DNA from: Basidiobolus meristosporus CBS 931.73
Lineage: Eukaryota > Fungi > Basidiobolomycota
NCBI GenBank assembly: GCA_002104905.1
Contig: MCFE01000227.1
Span: 58,436 to 122,435, forward strand
DNA length: 64,000 nt
Direction: 5' to 3'
The notes under the pieces were generated by a model, which saw only the letters and a list, made by a program, of their open reading frames with translations, did no database searches and was not told where the DNA came from. Every line of letters starts with the position of its first letter. Positions within the stretch are counted from its first letter, which is position 1. This document shows positions 61,690 to 64,000 of this stretch, piece by piece. Both the position numbers and the translations under genes were made by a program.

Positions 61690-64000
61690 GACAGTCACCA
61701 ACAGGTGAAATCTTTATTTCAGTTGAAACAAAGAAGCCAGCGCTACTGTTGTAGCTTTGATACAAGAGTGTGTAGCTGAGGGGAATTTGTAGGTAAGTTA
61801 ATAAGAAGTGATGATAGTTCTTCAGTGCTCAACACACTGTTCAGTGGGAAGGGGGGTAGCAAGAGAGGTAAGAATGACTTGTGAACAACATTAATGAGGG
61901 GAATGTGATAAGGATTGATATTCATCATAAAGGGAGTGTGCTGCTGCAGATATTGCTGCCAAAGGTCTGTCAAGTACTTCAGGTAGGCCAGCTTGGGTTT
62001 TTCTGACTGCAGAATAAATTGAGCAAACTTCTTGACTTCAGGATCTCCAAGTATAGTTCTCCAGCAGGAGTCAGCTGTTGTGTGGTGTGTTCTCTTCCAG
62101 GCCTTAATCAGTGGGTTGTTGCAGTTGTGAAGTCTGATGTATAATCTGGTTCTAAGGTAGAGAAGTCTGATCTTGTAGGGCATAAACCCAAAAGCACCAA
62201 GAATAGCATGTCTGTAGGGGCATTCAGGCAAATGAGGCACCAAGGAGGTAATGCACCATACTGCAAACTTGTCAAGCTTAGTGCAGTCTCTAGAAGTAAG
62301 AGAGAGAAGTGGTAAGCCAAATTCCAGGACAGGGAAGACAAACTGCTTGAGTAGAAGGAGGCAGCTGGGAGCTGAAGTTGTAGGAGGAGTAACAGCCAGT
62401 AGCTTGTGGAGTGCCTGTCTTGCCAGGATAATTCTCTTCTTCAGATGTGCTCCAGAGTCTAGTCCAATAGGAAGGAAAGGAAAGCCAAGATATGTAGCAG
62501 AAACCTGAGCAGGTAGAGTGGAGTTCTCCAAGTTGATAGGAGAGCCCAAAGGTACTGTCTTTGCAATGGAAAGCTGGAGATTATTCTTCTGCAGATACTG
62601 GTGGATGGTCTGGGAGTCTTGTTGCACATTGGAGGAGGATATTCTGATGTCATCAGCAAAGAGAGTAACCAGGCAGTCAGCTGAGAGTCTTGGGAAATCA
62701 TTCAGGAAGATGGCAAACAGTATAGGACCAAGCACAGAGCCTTGAACCACTCCATTAGGAACTGAGAACACAGCTGATTGCTCACTTGGGTGCAGAATTC
62801 TTGCTTGTGGATCCAGAAACAGAGACCTGACAAGGAGGGTGAGAGAGGTACTGGAGAAGCATTGCAACTTGGACCAAAGCAGATTTCTGTCAACTGAATC
62901 AAAGGCCTTAGTAATATCAAACAGAACAGAGGGATACTTGCTCTGGAGAGAGTGATCTTGGCTAAGTATGACTGCATATTCCAAGGAGAGGCCATGAACA
63001 AAGCCAAACTGTGCAGGATGAAACTTGAGGGAGTCAGAGTAGAGCTCCTGAGCAAGCAGAAGCTCAAACACCTTTCTGCAGGTGGGCAGCAGAGATATTG
63101 GCCTATAGGAGCTAGGATCCAGGTGCTTTCCTTTACCCTTGTACAGTGGCAGAACATTTGCAAAGGACCATTCCTCAGGAGTAGAAAGCTGGGCTGAGCA
63201 TTGCTGAAACAGTGGAAGCAGAAGTGCAGACATGGCCTTGGTACTAGTCTTCAGAAGCTCATAAGAGATTGTGTCCACACCTGGAGCAGTAGAGTTGGGA
63301 AGCCTCTTGAGCACATTATGGATTCTCCTTTGATCAAGTGCAAGTGGGATGGGCAGAGTCTTGAAGTCAGGAAGAAAGCCAGGAGTTGAGTACTCCTTTG
63401 TAGAGAAGAAGATGTTAGCCAGCTGTTCTGTTGAAGGTAACTTCCTGGAAGAGGGCCTCATTGCCCTGTAGAGTCTTGATACTGTTCTTGTTATAGAGTT
63501 GGAAGATTGCAGAGGCAAGGAACTCATAATATGATCCCAGAGCTGAGTATGCAGAGTGTGGTGAATTGCCTTGGAGTGGTGTATTGCTGTCAGGAGGAGT
63601 TTCTCTGTTTTTGGGTTAGGGAAACTCAGGTAGCTTTGTTGCAGGGCTGAAACAATGGATTCCCATTTTCTTGAGGTAACAGCAGTAGTCTTGCATGGCA
63701 GTGAGAGGGAGGCAGACACCAGAATCAGATGCTTCACAAAGAGCCAGGCATAGTTGAGATCATCTGGCAGAGAAAGTAGCAAACTGGCAAGCTTCAAGTA
63801 GTTCCCAAAGTCTTTCTTCTGATTCTTGGTAGCTTTGTGGGTGAGCACAGTAAGTTTTGGCAGCTTCTTCTTCACAACTGGTTGCATAGAAAGGGACCAG
63901 GCTGGATGGTCAGAGGCTCTCAAGGATCCTAGCTCAGCTCCAGAGAATTGCTTAACTTCATTCACAAAGTAGAGGGCAGCAGCAGAAGGGCAGATCCAGT
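61690..64000 (-). mobile_element. LINE (non-LTR retrotransposon) ORF2: end of APE endonuclease plus RT, open frame running off the window
   Basis: SDH motif near the window edge; STAPGVD, YRPISLL, DITKAFDSV, GVVQGSVLGP, LFADD; stop at 61743; AATAAA at ~61711. The frame is also open upstream of 63965. Confidence 0.93.

Overview
Eukaryotic DNA, most likely from an early-diverging fungus (inference: a P2X receptor gene, short GT-AG introns, fungal-type MEP and aconitase). The window has three compartments. (1) 1 to ~26.8 kb is CpG-depleted nested transposon DNA: a CACTA transposase split by a tandem-LTR element and by a Ty1/copia, whose 3' LTR is split by a Ty3/gypsy, plus further copia remnants and a 734-bp foldback element. 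(2) ~26.9-53.9 kb is a CpG-normal gene island: P2X receptor, five paralogous secreted proteins built from paired Cys-x(18-20)-Cys modules, aconitase, a stand-alone TFIIS central-domain gene, a Rieske-domain gene, two ammonium transporters, an uncharacterised HDLxH protein, a SAM methyltransferase and an endoglycoceramidase pseudogene. (3) ~54-64 kb is again CpG-depleted: copia elements and a LINE. The best novelty candidates are the secreted modular Cys-pair family and a LINE whose >2.2-kb ORF is open and contains no CpG, in a window where a CpG-bearing gypsy was inactivated by apparent CGA>TGA changes. Everything was read by eye; no searches were run.
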